Assembly: GCA_963794325.1 (NCBI GenBank) | Contig: CAWCDG010000004.1 | Span: 32,001-96,000 of the forward strand | Direction of reading: 5' to 3' | From: an uncultured delta proteobacterium | Lineage (GTDB): Bacteria > Desulfobacterota > Binatia > Binatales > Binataceae | DNA length: 64,000 nucleotides | In this document: positions 19,695 to 29,537 of the stretch, piece after piece | How the letters are laid out: each line of letters starts with the position of its first letter | Position numbering within the stretch: the first letter of the stretch is position 1 | Program-made: the position numbers and the translations under genes | Notes under the pieces: model-generated | Told to the model about the DNA's origin: nothing | Seen by the model: only the letters and a program-made list of their open reading frames with translations | The model's database searches: none

Positions 19695-20831
19695 ATGGAG
19701 CGAAAAGTCCACGCATACCGCATAATCAAGGCGCTCTTTGTTGTAGTCGCGCTGGCGATCGCCGCGTGCCATCGCGAAGTTGCGATGCCGCCGCTGCCGC
19801 TGCGCAATATCACGCTCACCGACAAATTTTTCGACGTATGGCCGACCAGTCCAACGCGCGCGTTTGTGGTCGGCGATCGAGGCAAGGTGCTGCTGACCGA
19901 AGACAGCGGCCGCACCTGGAAGCGAATCGACATCGGCACCCAGCTCGGCATCTTCGGAATCCAGATGACCGACGATCAGAACGGCTACCTGTGCGGGCAG
20001 GACGGGCTGGTGATGCGCACACGCGACGGCGGCAAGACGTGGAAGCGTCTCGAGTCGCGGACGCATCTGTTCATTTTTGGACTGTCGTTCCCGGACACCA
20101 ATCACGGCTTTTTTGTCGGCGACCGAGCGCTGGTGGAGAGTACGACCAACGGCGGCGAGACTTTCACCAAGCGCCAGTTGCAGCGATTGTTCCCGCCGGA
20201 GATCGCCGACTACGCGCTGCCGTACGACGAGCCGGTTCTCTACAGCGCGAGCTTTATCGATGTCGATCACGGATGGGTGGTTGGCGAGCTGGGACGAATC
20301 TGGGCGACTGAAAATGCCGGCAAGAGCTGGAAAGAGCAGCAGCAAATGCTGGTGCCGCAATATAAGTATCCGCTTGGACCAAACGACGATCCGCGCTTCG
20401 CCGATTTTCTGCTGCCGACCTTTTTCAGCGTCTCGTTTCGCGATCAAAAGCATGGCGCGGCGTGCGGGCTCGAGGGCTGGGTGATCCAGACCGACGACGG
20501 CGGTACGACCTGGCGCTTTGCGCATCAGGCGGACAAGCCGGGCGGGCCGCCGGACACGCTGGTTCCGGGAGCGCCGCATATTCCGGCGCGCGATCCGCTG
20601 TTCTCGATCGATCTGTTCGGCGGCGACCAGGGAATCACGACCGGATTGACCGGCACTGTGCTACGCCTTCAGCCCAACGGCGCATGGGCGCACGATCCGT
20701 CGGTGCCGGCGATACCGTTTCCGCTGAGCCAGGCGCGTTTCTTCGACGCACAGCACGGATGGATCGTCGGCTACGGCACCATCCTTTACACCGAGGACGG
20801 CGGCAAGACCTGGCGCTTCTGTCAGGGTTGA
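19695..20831 (+). CDS. YCF48-like / BNR Asp-box beta-propeller lipoprotein
   Basis: Lipobox IAAC; repeated T.DGG.TW Asp boxes; GWVVG repeats. Confidence 0.85.
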   Translation: MERKVHAYRIIKALFVVVALAIAACHREVAMPPLPLRNITLTDKFFDVWPTSPTRAFVVGDRGKVLLTEDSGRTWKRIDIGTQLGIFGIQMTDDQNGYLCGQDGLVMRTRDGGKTWKRLESRTHLFIFGLSFPDTNHGFFVGDRALVESTTNGGETFTKRQLQRLFPPEIADYALPYDEPVLYSASFIDVDHGWVVGELGRIWATENAGKSWKEQQQMLVPQYKYPLGPNDDPRFADFLLPTFFSVSFRDQKHGAACGLEGWVIQTDDGGTTWRFAHQADKPGGPPDTLVPGAPHIPARDPLFSIDLFGGDQGITTGLTGTVLRLQPNGAWAHDPSVPAIPFPLSQARFFDAQHGWIVGYGTILYTEDGGKTWRFCQG

Positions 20832-20868
20832 GCGCGCACGCGCGAGCAAAGGGAATTCGGAGAACGCA

Positions 20869-23259
20869 ATGACCTGGTACCGTTTTGGTGAATGGATTCT
20901 GCGCCGCCGCTTCATCGTGCTGGCCGTGGTCGGCGCGCTGACTGCGTTCTTCGGCTACTACGCGGCGCAGACCCAGCTGGTCACCAGCTTCGGCGACTTG
21001 CTTCCGCAGAACCATCCGTTCATCCAGGTCGCGCACAAATACGACCAGTACTTTGGCAGCGTCAACAACGTCACGATCATGATCGAGGCGAGAGAGGGGA
21101 CGATCTACAACACAGAGATCATCAAGAAGATCGCCCACATGACGCAGAACATGGATCTGGTTTACGGGATCCAGCACGGATCGGTGCGATCGCTCACGAC
21201 CCAGAGCTATTTCCGTCCGTTGGCCGGCGGCGTGATTCTCAACACTCCGGTGCTGCCCAACGGCGACATTCCCAAGACCCAGGCCGATCTCAACGAACTC
21301 GAAAGCAACGTCCACAAAAATCCCGGCGTGATCTTCGGGCGCTTCGTCTCGCTTGACGATAGGGCGGCGGTGATCGAAGGCAGCTTTCTGGAATCGCGGC
21401 TCGACTACACGCGCATCTTCAACGAGATTCGCCGCATCGTCGTCAATCCCGAAAAAGACTCGACGGTGCACATCTACTACGGCGGTCAGCCGATCCTGTA
21501 CGGCTGGGTCTATCACTACACGCCGGAATTTCTGTGGATCTTTGTCGCGACGGTGCTCGCCGTGTGGATCCTGCTCTATCTTTATTTCCACGACTGGCGC
21601 GGTGCGCTGCGGCCGACGATCTCCGGCGTCATCTGCGCCATCTGGGGGCTCGGCTTCATCCGGCTGCTCGGTTACGGACTCGACCCGCTGGTGCTGGTCA
21701 TCCCGTTCCTGATAACCGCGCGCGCCGTCAGCCATTCGGTGCAAATGCACGATCGGTATTACGAGGAATTCTACCGCCTGCGCGACAAGGAAAAGGCCAT
21801 CCTGTCGTCGTTCGCCGAGTTGTTCGTGCCGTCGCTGTCGGGAATTCTGGCGGACGCGTTCGGCGTGCTGGTCATCCTGCTGGTGCCGGTGCTGTTTCTG
21901 CAAAAGCTGGCGGTCACGGCCAGTTTCTGGATCGCCGCGATCATTGTGAGCGAGCTGATTCTTAATCCGATCGTGTACTACTACCTCGACCCGCCGCAGA
22001 TCGACGTGATCGAGCGCCGCGAGCATGGCTCTTTCAAAAGAATGCTGGAGTCGATCGCCAAGCCGATGCTGGAGCGGACGGGTCGCATCGCGACGTTCGC
22101 AGGTACCATCGCGGTGATCTTGCTGTGCGCATTCTTCTGGACCGGCCTCAAAGTCGGCGACCCGTCCTCGGAATCGCCGATCCTGTGGCCGACGTCGCCG
22201 TACAACCGATCGATGGCTGCGATCCAGGAGGAGTTCGGCGCGATCGAGCAGTTCGTGGTCGTCGCGGAGCTGGCCAACCGCAGCTCGCTGGATGATCCCA
22301 AACTGTACCACGTGATGGACGAGTACGAACGTTACATGGAGCGCGATCCAGCGGTGGGGCGCACCTTCTCGATCGCCGATCTGCTCTCGAACGGCGGATC
22401 CGCGCTAAAAGAGTTCTACCCCAAGTGGAACGTGCTGCCGACCACGGCGCGCGGCACCGGACAACTACTCGGCGGACTGCTGGCGGGAGCGTCTCCGCTA
22501 TCGACCGCGTACATCATTACGCCGCGGCGCGACGCGACCCAGATTACCGTGTACACGAAGGATCGCGAGGGTGAAAACGTCCAGCGCGTGGTCCTGCGCA
22601 CGCAGCGGTTCTTCGCCGAGCCCAAGCATCAGGTGCCCGGGGTCCACTTTGCGCTTGCCGCCGGAATAATCGGCGAGCTCGCGGCCGCCAACCAGGAAAT
22701 TATCGACAACGATCTTCTGCTCAACGTGCTCGCGTTCGCGACGATCTACCTGATACTGCTTGCAACCTATCGATCGTTCATGGCCGGTATCTATTTGCTA
22801 TTCCCACTTGCATTAGCCAATGCAGCAATCAATGCGTACATGGGCGCTCACGATATAGGTATCAACATCAATACTCTGCCGGTAGTCACTGTCGGTGTCG
22901 GATTCGGAATTGACTACTCTATTTACATAGTCAGCCGGATTATCGAGGAGCTCGCCGAGGGCCACGACCTCAAGCTCAGCACCTACACTGCGCTGGTCAC
23001 TTCGGGGAAGGCGGTCGCGTTCACCGCGCTGACGCTGGTCGCGTCGGTCCTGTTCTGGTACTGGTCCAGCATCCGCTTCGACGCCGAGATGGGCCTGCTG
23101 CTGGCAGTCTGGATGTTCGTTTCGATGCTTGGCGCGATGACCATATTGCCGGTGATGATCGTGACGTTCGATCCGGCCTTCATTCGCCGCGAGAAGGAGC
23201 GAGTGGTCGCGTCGAAGCTGCTCGACCTCGAGGGTCACACGGTGGCCGCATCTTCCTAA
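20869..23259 (+). CDS. MMPL/RND family transporter
   Basis: Duplicated 1+5 TM architecture; ARAVSHSVQ and GFGIDYSIY motifs; follows YCF48. Confidence 0.9.
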   Translation: MTWYRFGEWILRRRFIVLAVVGALTAFFGYYAAQTQLVTSFGDLLPQNHPFIQVAHKYDQYFGSVNNVTIMIEAREGTIYNTEIIKKIAHMTQNMDLVYGIQHGSVRSLTTQSYFRPLAGGVILNTPVLPNGDIPKTQADLNELESNVHKNPGVIFGRFVSLDDRAAVIEGSFLESRLDYTRIFNEIRRIVVNPEKDSTVHIYYGGQPILYGWVYHYTPEFLWIFVATVLAVWILLYLYFHDWRGALRPTISGVICAIWGLGFIRLLGYGLDPLVLVIPFLITARAVSHSVQMHDRYYEEFYRLRDKEKAILSSFAELFVPSLSGILADAFGVLVILLVPVLFLQKLAVTASFWIAAIIVSELILNPIVYYYLDPPQIDVIERREHGSFKRMLESIAKPMLERTGRIATFAGTIAVILLCAFFWTGLKVGDPSSESPILWPTSPYNRSMAAIQEEFGAIEQFVVVAELANRSSLDDPKLYHVMDEYERYMERDPAVGRTFSIADLLSNGGSALKEFYPKWNVLPTTARGTGQLLGGLLAGASPLSTAYIITPRRDATQITVYTKDREGENVQRVVLRTQRFFAEPKHQVPGVHFALAAGIIGELAAANQEIIDNDLLLNVLAFATIYLILLATYRSFMAGIYLLFPLALANAAINAYMGAHDIGININTLPVVTVGVGFGIDYSIYIVSRIIEELAEGHDLKLSTYTALVTSGKAVAFTALTLVASVLFWYWSSIRFDAEMGLLLAVWMFVSMLGAMTILPVMIVTFDPAFIRREKERVVASKLLDLEGHTVAASS

Positions 23260-23297
23260 TCATTGACGCTCGTGGATAATCTGATCCGGTACCCGCG

Positions 23298-23681
23298 ATG
23301 AAACTGGAGCGGCTGGATCATTTTGGTCTCGAGGTGGCGGACCTCGCGCGCGCGGAGCGTTTCTACACCAGCGTTCTGGGGCTTCAGGTCGTCAACCGTT
23401 TCGGCGACCAGGTTTTGCTCGATTGCGGAGGCCAAAACCTTGCGCTGTTCGAGGTGGCGCGATCGCCGCTCGACGACGCGTCGCGGCAATCGATCATCGA
23501 GCATCCGCTCGGCCGCGGTCATCATGCGTTCACGGTAAAGGCGGGCGATTTCGCGGTCGCGCGCGAGCGTCTCGCGGCGGCAGGAGTCGAAAGCGCGGCG
23601 CCGATCGATTGGGGCGATCACGACTGCATCTACTTTCTCGATCCCGACGGCAATCTGCTCGAGATGGTGAGCTACCGCTGA
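23298..23681 (+). CDS. VOC/glyoxalase family protein
   Basis: LDHFGLEV.DL..AERFY...LG; HHAF; YFLDPDGNLLE. Confidence 0.9.
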   Translation: MKLERLDHFGLEVADLARAERFYTSVLGLQVVNRFGDQVLLDCGGQNLALFEVARSPLDDASRQSIIEHPLGRGHHAFTVKAGDFAVARERLAAAGVESAAPIDWGDHDCIYFLDPDGNLLEMVSYR

Positions 23682-23721
23682 AGGCCGAGCTGAAATCGCG
23701 CGCGTCCGTGGTTCACCGTCG

Positions 23722-24678
23722 ATGAACTCGGGCCCGATGATTCGTGCGGAAGAGCTCCGCAAGCGCTACGGCGACCGGGTGGCGCTCGACGGCGTGTCGT
23801 TTACCGTCAATGCCGGCGAGATTGTCGGCCTGCTCGGCCCCAACGGCGCGGGCAAAACGACCACGCTCTCGATTCTGTCGGGCGTGATCGATCCCGACTC
23901 CGGCCGCGCCTCGATCGCCACTCACGATCTCGCTACCGAGCCGCGCGTGGCACGTCGATGCCTCGGCCTGGTGCCGCAGTCGCTTGCGTTGTATCCAACG
24001 CTCACCGCGCTCGAGAATCTTTTGTTCTGGGGACGAATCCAGGGGATGACGGCGGGCGACGCTCTGACTCGCGCGCGCGGCTTGCTCGACGAAGTCGGGC
24101 TTGGCGATCGCGCCGACGATGTGGTCCACGAATTTTCCGGGGGCATGATGCGCCGGCTGAACATCGCGTGCGGCATGATACATTTTCCGGCGGCGATCAT
24201 GCTCGACGAGCCGACCGTCGGCGTCGATCCGCAATCGCGCGGACGAATTTTCGCGGTCGTCGAGGCGGCCGCGCAAGCCGGCGGCGCGATCCTCTACAGC
24301 ACGCATTACATGGAAGAGGCCGAACGGCTGTGCGATCGAATCGTGCTGATCGATCACGGAAAAATCGTTGCGCAAGGCACCGACCGCGAACTGATTGCGC
24401 TGGCGGGGACCGAGCCTCGAATCGAAATCATGACGAAAAAAGCACTGCCGCGGGGATGGTCGGACGGGATCCCCGGGGTTGGCGAATTGCCGTGGGAGGT
24501 GGTCGACGGGTTCGCCGTGGCGCTGACCCTGCATACGCTCGACCAGGTGCCCGACGTTATCAAGCGGGCCGGCGAGATGGGCGACGAGGTAATCGAATTC
24601 CACGTTCATCGCCCGAATCTGCAGGACGCATTCCTGAAACTGACCGGCCACGCGCTGCGCGACGCGCCGGGACAATGA
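23722..24678 (+). CDS. ABC exporter ATP-binding protein (DrrA/LnrL-like)
   Basis: GPNGAGKTT, FSGGM, LDEPTVGVDPQSR, STHYMEEAERLCD. Confidence 0.93.
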   Translation: MNSGPMIRAEELRKRYGDRVALDGVSFTVNAGEIVGLLGPNGAGKTTTLSILSGVIDPDSGRASIATHDLATEPRVARRCLGLVPQSLALYPTLTALENLLFWGRIQGMTAGDALTRARGLLDEVGLGDRADDVVHEFSGGMMRRLNIACGMIHFPAAIMLDEPTVGVDPQSRGRIFAVVEAAAQAGGAILYSTHYMEEAERLCDRIVLIDHGKIVAQGTDRELIALAGTEPRIEIMTKKALPRGWSDGIPGVGELPWEVVDGFAVALTLHTLDQVPDVIKRAGEMGDEVIEFHVHRPNLQDAFLKLTGHALRDAPGQ

Positions 24679-24694
24679 TGCTTTTGCAGAGGCG

Positions 24695-26422
24695 ATGATG
24701 CTGCGCGCGGTGTGGCTGACGATCGGCAAGGAATTCCTGCTCATCCGGCGCGACCGGGTCGGCTTGTTCATGCTGCTGGTGGCGCCGATCGCCGTGATTG
24801 CCGCCGCCGGCTTCTCGCTGGCAAAAATTTACGGCGGTCAAAACGCTCCTCGCGGCGAGTACTCGGTGGCCGTGCTCGACGAAGATCAAGGCAGAGTCGG
24901 CCGCGCGATTGTTGACGCGCTCGCTCATCAGCCCGACCTGTCCGTGATTGATTCGACGAGCCGGCGCGACGCCGAGCGGACCGTCCGCGAAAAAAAATTG
25001 GCGGTGGTGGGAATAATCATTCCTCCGGGAACCACCGACGCAATCGAACACGGCCGTAGCGCGCAGCTGATTCTCTACACCGATCCGGTCAAGTATCTGC
25101 AGACGATTAAGGTTGAACTGGCGCTGTCGGAATTGTGCAGAAAAATTACCGCCGGCGCCGGCGACGAGGCGCGCAGCCAGACCGCGGAACAAACCCGCAA
25201 CTTTACCCTCAAGCTCGACCGCGCTCGCGAGTCCGCCGAGCAGGCCCGCGCGCAGGCCGCTCGCCTGGCCGAGCAGGCGGACGCATCGCGCGCCGCGATC
25301 GCGCCGAAGATTCGCGCGCACCTCGAGTCGGCGCTGACCGCCGCCCGCGACCAGACCAAAATTGCGCTGGACACCGAGATGGATCGCATTCAGCGCAAGC
25401 TCGACGCTGACACCGCGGCGCAGCAGGCGAAGCTCGTCGAGCTCAAGGATTACCTGGGCCGTCTGGAAATCGCGCACGGCCAGTTCGAGAGCTGGTTCGG
25501 CCAACTGAAGCAGCTCGCCGGCAGCCACGCATCCGACATCCCGCCGCCGCCGGCTATTCCAAGTCCGCCAGCTGATCTGAATCTTGGTGGAATCAATCTG
25601 GCGCCGGTCGGGGAGCTTCGGGACGCGCGGGCACGGCTCGAAAATGCGCTCACGATTCCGCCGATTGATCTCAAGCTGCCGGAGTTGCCGCCGGCGCCAA
25701 AAATTCCGCTGCTCGATATCCCCGAGATGCCGGCGATCGATCCTAACCTCTCGATTCCGGGCACGCTCGGATTCAGCGAGGTCGACCTGAGCGGCAAAAA
25801 AATCGGCCAGTTCGCCGGATTCAACGCGTTCGATCTCCAGGTGCCCGGTTTCGCCGTCACGTTTCTACTTATCGGCATGCTGATGGGCGTATCGCTGGCG
25901 CTGATCGACGAGCACGATTGGGGCACGCTCGAACGGCTGCGCTCGGCGTCGGCGCCGTTGTGGGCCACGCTCACCGGCAAGCTGCTCGCGCGCTTCGTCG
26001 TCGGCTTCGTTCAGATGGCGGTGCTGTTCGCCGCCGGATACATCCTGTTCGGGATTTCGCTCGGCCGCACGCCGGCCGCGCTGATGTTACCCGCGGCGGC
26101 GATCGCGTTCGCGGGGGCGGCCTTCGGCTTGATCGTCGCCGGGGTGGGCAAGACGCGCGACGCCGTTCTGCCGGTTGGTGCAATCGTGATCATGACGATG
26201 GCGGCGATAGGCGGATGCTGGTGGCCGATCGATTTCGAGCCGGCCTGGATGCAGCAGGTCGCGCTCGCGCTGCCGACGACGTGGGCGATGCGCGCGTTCA
26301 ATGATTTGATGATCCGCGACCTGGCCGCGTCGAGCGCAATAGTGCCGTCGGCGGTCAATTTCGGCTTCGGGATCGTCTACTCGGTGATCGGAGTCGCAAT
26401 CGCGCGCCGGCGCTTCGGCTGA
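24695..26422 (+). CDS. ABC-2 type permease with a large coiled-coil/Pro-rich extracytoplasmic insertion
   Basis: KEFLLIRRD then a TM; C-terminal ABC2_membrane TMs with GTLERL, GGCWWP, PTTWAM. Confidence 0.85.
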   Translation: MMLRAVWLTIGKEFLLIRRDRVGLFMLLVAPIAVIAAAGFSLAKIYGGQNAPRGEYSVAVLDEDQGRVGRAIVDALAHQPDLSVIDSTSRRDAERTVREKKLAVVGIIIPPGTTDAIEHGRSAQLILYTDPVKYLQTIKVELALSELCRKITAGAGDEARSQTAEQTRNFTLKLDRARESAEQARAQAARLAEQADASRAAIAPKIRAHLESALTAARDQTKIALDTEMDRIQRKLDADTAAQQAKLVELKDYLGRLEIAHGQFESWFGQLKQLAGSHASDIPPPPAIPSPPADLNLGGINLAPVGELRDARARLENALTIPPIDLKLPELPPAPKIPLLDIPEMPAIDPNLSIPGTLGFSEVDLSGKKIGQFAGFNAFDLQVPGFAVTFLLIGMLMGVSLALIDEHDWGTLERLRSASAPLWATLTGKLLARFVVGFVQMAVLFAAGYILFGISLGRTPAALMLPAAAIAFAGAAFGLIVAGVGKTRDAVLPVGAIVIMTMAAIGGCWWPIDFEPAWMQQVALALPTTWAMRAFNDLMIRDLAASSAIVPSAVNFGFGIVYSVIGVAIARRRFG

Positions 26423-26424
26423 TC

Positions 26425-27102
26425 GTGCTAGACAAGGGAACTTGCCATTTGAAAAAGTCCGTAAATGATTTTTACCGCGTCCTGTCGCATGCGCTGATCG
26501 CGATGGCCGGCGCATTCGCACTGATCGCTTTCGATCCATGCGCGGCAAATGCGGCGATGATGAGATTCAAGATAGACGCCGAGCGCAGCACGATCGGCGT
26601 GGAGGTTGCGCAACCCGCCGCATGGATCAGCGGCAGCGCAACCGGGACGTTTCGGATAATCGATGGCGCGGTGAGTTTCGATCCGGTCAACGTGCCGGCC
26701 AGCGCCAAGGTGAGAATCCTGATCGACGCGACCAGCTACAGCAGCGGCAACGCGTCGCGCGATCGAAACGTCATCGATAAATCGCTCGAGGCGAACAAAT
26801 TTCCGGTCATCGGATTCGAGAGCAGCAGCGTGGTCGGCGTCGTCATGCCTCGCCCTGATGAAGGTACCGCGATCGTCACCGGCTACCTGACCCTCCACGG
26901 CGAATCGCACGCGATGACGATGTCGGTGCACGCGACGCTCGGCGCCGACGGCATTTTCACCGGAGACGGCGAAGTGAAATTCAACTACGAGGATTTCGAC
27001 GTCGCGGTTCCCACCGTTCTGTTGCACACGCTGCTCGCCGGCGACGAGGCAACGGTTCGGTTTCACATTGTCGCGGTCAGTGACACCGCCGCGCAGCACT
27101 AA
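26425..27102 (+). CDS. YceI family lipid/polyisoprenoid-binding protein (start uncertain)
   Basis: ID..RS.I, SGNASRD, FPVIGFES, VTGYLTLHG motifs; signal-like N-terminus. Confidence 0.85.
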   Translation: MLDKGTCHLKKSVNDFYRVLSHALIAMAGAFALIAFDPCAANAAMMRFKIDAERSTIGVEVAQPAAWISGSATGTFRIIDGAVSFDPVNVPASAKVRILIDATSYSSGNASRDRNVIDKSLEANKFPVIGFESSSVVGVVMPRPDEGTAIVTGYLTLHGESHAMTMSVHATLGADGIFTGDGEVKFNYEDFDVAVPTVLLHTLLAGDEATVRFHIVAVSDTAAQH

Positions 27103-27146
27103 GCTCCGGTTGTCCGCGAGGCTGTCCATCAACTACAAACTTGAGC

Positions 27147-28067
27147 ATGGTGGAATTAGCGATTTCTCCGCGCGACGCGAAAGTTCCTGCGGCGGTAACC
27201 GAGCTGGCAACGGCGATCGAAGCCGACGGCGGTGCGGCGCTCGCTGCGTATCAGGAACCGGTCGGCGATCACTGGCATCTGTTCGCGATGCTGCCGCTGG
27301 CGAAAGTCGAGGCGACGCCGTATCAGCGCGACCTTTCGCCGGCGCATCTGAAGCGAATGATCGAAGTGATGAAGAAGCTCGATCGTTTCACCGAGCCGAT
27401 TGTCGCGGTTTACACCGCAGGTACTTACTGGACTCCCAACGGCAATCATCGCCGCGCCGCTGCGATGAAGTCCGGGGCCAAGATGATTCCGGCCATCGTG
27501 ATACCCGATCCGGAGGTAGCGTTTCAGATTCTTGCGCTCAACACCGAGAAGGCGCACAACTTGCGCGACAAGGCGCTCGAGGTGATCAGGATGTATCGCG
27601 CGCGTCTCGAGGATCGGCCCAAATCCGCCGAGAAGGATTTCGCCTTCGAGTTCGAGCGCGCGCACTACATCACGCTCGGCTTGCTATACGAAAAGAAATC
27701 GCGGTTTTCAGGCGGCGTGTACGCTCCATTGTTGAGCCGCGTCGACACTTTCATGACCAAGCCGCTCAAGGATGCGCTCGAAGATCGCGAGGAGCGCGCG
27801 GCCCAGGTCGAGCGCGCCGACGATTTGGCGGTCGCGCTGGTAGCAGCGGGCAAGAAGCGCGGCCTGATGCATCCTTATCTGAAGAATTTCATCATCGCGC
27901 GATCAAACCCGCTGACGCGCGCGCGAAAAAACCTTCCGACCTGCAAAGCGGCGCTGAACAGCATGATCAAAGCGCTCGAGGAATTCGATCTGGGCGCAAT
28001 CCATTTCGGCCAGATTCGCGCCGCCGCTCAAATCGCCGCCGCCACTTCGGTCGCCGACTCGAACTGA
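27147..28067 (+). CDS. Orphan ParB/Srx-like N-terminal domain protein
   Basis: PYQRDLS, PIVAV, YWTPNGNHRRAA (ParB GxxR-like), LALNTEK; no parA in the window. Confidence 0.75.
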   Translation: MVELAISPRDAKVPAAVTELATAIEADGGAALAAYQEPVGDHWHLFAMLPLAKVEATPYQRDLSPAHLKRMIEVMKKLDRFTEPIVAVYTAGTYWTPNGNHRRAAAMKSGAKMIPAIVIPDPEVAFQILALNTEKAHNLRDKALEVIRMYRARLEDRPKSAEKDFAFEFERAHYITLGLLYEKKSRFSGGVYAPLLSRVDTFMTKPLKDALEDREERAAQVERADDLAVALVAAGKKRGLMHPYLKNFIIARSNPLTRARKNLPTCKAALNSMIKALEEFDLGAIHFGQIRAAAQIAAATSVADSN

Positions 28068-28078
28068 AAATAGAAGGG

Positions 28079-28882
28079 ATGGACAACATGGCGGATCAGA
28101 TCGTTCTGTACGAAGCTCGATATCCGGCGGCGATAATCACGCTCAACAACCCCGACCATCGCAACGCGCTCGGCGCCGCGATGATCGACGCGCTCATGGC
28201 TGCGATTGCGCGCGCCGAACAGGATCGTGCCGTCCGCGCGCTCATTTTTACCGGTGCCGGGTCTGCGTTTTCCGCCGGCATGGATCTCGGCGAACTGCGC
28301 GGCATGCTCGACCAGTTACGGGTCGACGAAGCTGGATCGGTCTGGGACGGTGCGCTGCGCGGCGAGGCGTTGATCGAGCGCGTCTATCGCCTCGGCAAAC
28401 CTTCGATCGCCGCGGTCAACGGAGTTGCGGTCGGCAACGGCGCGGGCTTCCTGAGCGCGTGCGATTTGGTGGTCGCCGCCGACAGCGCGCGAATCGGGTA
28501 CACCGAAATGAAGCACGGCATCCAGGCAGGAATGGTAATCCTCCACCTGATGCGATTAGTGGGCGAGCGCGTCGCGAGATATCTGCTGCTTACGGGAGAG
28601 CTTGTCTCAGCCGATCAAGCAAAGGCTCTAGGACTGATCAACAAGGTCGTGCCCGCCGGCGAACTCATGGAGACAGCGCTGGCCTGGGCAGAAGCGATCT
28701 CGATGAACGCACCAAAAGCAGAGGCGGTTACCAAATCGTTGATGTGCAAATTTTCCGGTCAGGCGATCGCGATGAGCATGACCGAATACACCGCTGCTCC
28801 GCACATCACCGACGAAACCCGTTCAGGGCTGGAATCGTTTTTCGACAAGAAGCCGGTGCCCTGGTCGGTCAAACCATCATGA
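28079..28882 (+). CDS. Enoyl-CoA hydratase/isomerase (crotonase) family
   Basis: LNNPDHRNAL, FSAGMDL, AAVNGVAVGNG, TEMKHG; start reassigned from the 604-aa ORF. Confidence 0.9.
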   Translation: MDNMADQIVLYEARYPAAIITLNNPDHRNALGAAMIDALMAAIARAEQDRAVRALIFTGAGSAFSAGMDLGELRGMLDQLRVDEAGSVWDGALRGEALIERVYRLGKPSIAAVNGVAVGNGAGFLSACDLVVAADSARIGYTEMKHGIQAGMVILHLMRLVGERVARYLLLTGELVSADQAKALGLINKVVPAGELMETALAWAEAISMNAPKAEAVTKSLMCKFSGQAIAMSMTEYTAAPHITDETRSGLESFFDKKPVPWSVKPS

Positions 28883-29537
28883 TTTCTGGTAGCGCGTAGC
28901 CACTCGCAGTTGAAAGCCGGAATATTGGGCGGGCATCTGAGAGGGGGGAGTCTCCCGATGCCCGCCGTTCGTCCATCACCTGGCGGTGAGCGTCGTGAAA
29001 CGCCGCTTGGCTACTGGAAGGCTGATCTCTTTTCGGCCGTTTGGTTTGATAACCCGGCAATCGGGATAAATAGTCACTATTGCCAAACCAGCTAAGGCCA
29101 TGATTACTGCTTATTGACGAATGCGATCCGAAGCGCTCTTAGACGCTTTCACTATTTTTTGGACTATCGCGGCGAAGTTGTAAGATACGCCGCCGAACGG
29201 CCTAACGTCCATTCCATCGCCGTGCGATTCGGTTATATCGATAACCAAACATGACGAACGTAATTAATGCGTGTTTTCGAATCCAAACCAGATATGTCTT
29301 CTTCACTCATTGGTTAGATTCAGTACGCTGATTCGTAGGTCATAGTAGTGCGCTTCTGCACGGTTCCTTGATTCGCGTCGGGGTCGTTACTCACAAGTAC
29401 GTGCTGCGCGGCACGTCTTTGGGTGAATGCCGATAGAATGTTCGCCAAGGTTGGGTGAGACTGGCATAGGTCCCCGAATTCAGCCGCGCTCAAGTCTCAA
29501 CGTCCCCAACAAAAGCAACTGACAGGAGTTAGATCAC

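Noticed and set aside
18209-22311. Long antisense ORFs (18209-19558, 19284-20579, 20635-22311) and similar ones across the window
   Set aside because: They lie opposite well-supported genes, are Arg/Ala-rich and lack motifs, as expected for shadow ORFs in high-GC DNA.
27068-28882. 604-aa ORF as a novel fusion protein
   Set aside because: Its first ~337 codons overlap the ParB-like gene in another frame and read as shadow sequence; only the crotonase part from 28079 is credible.
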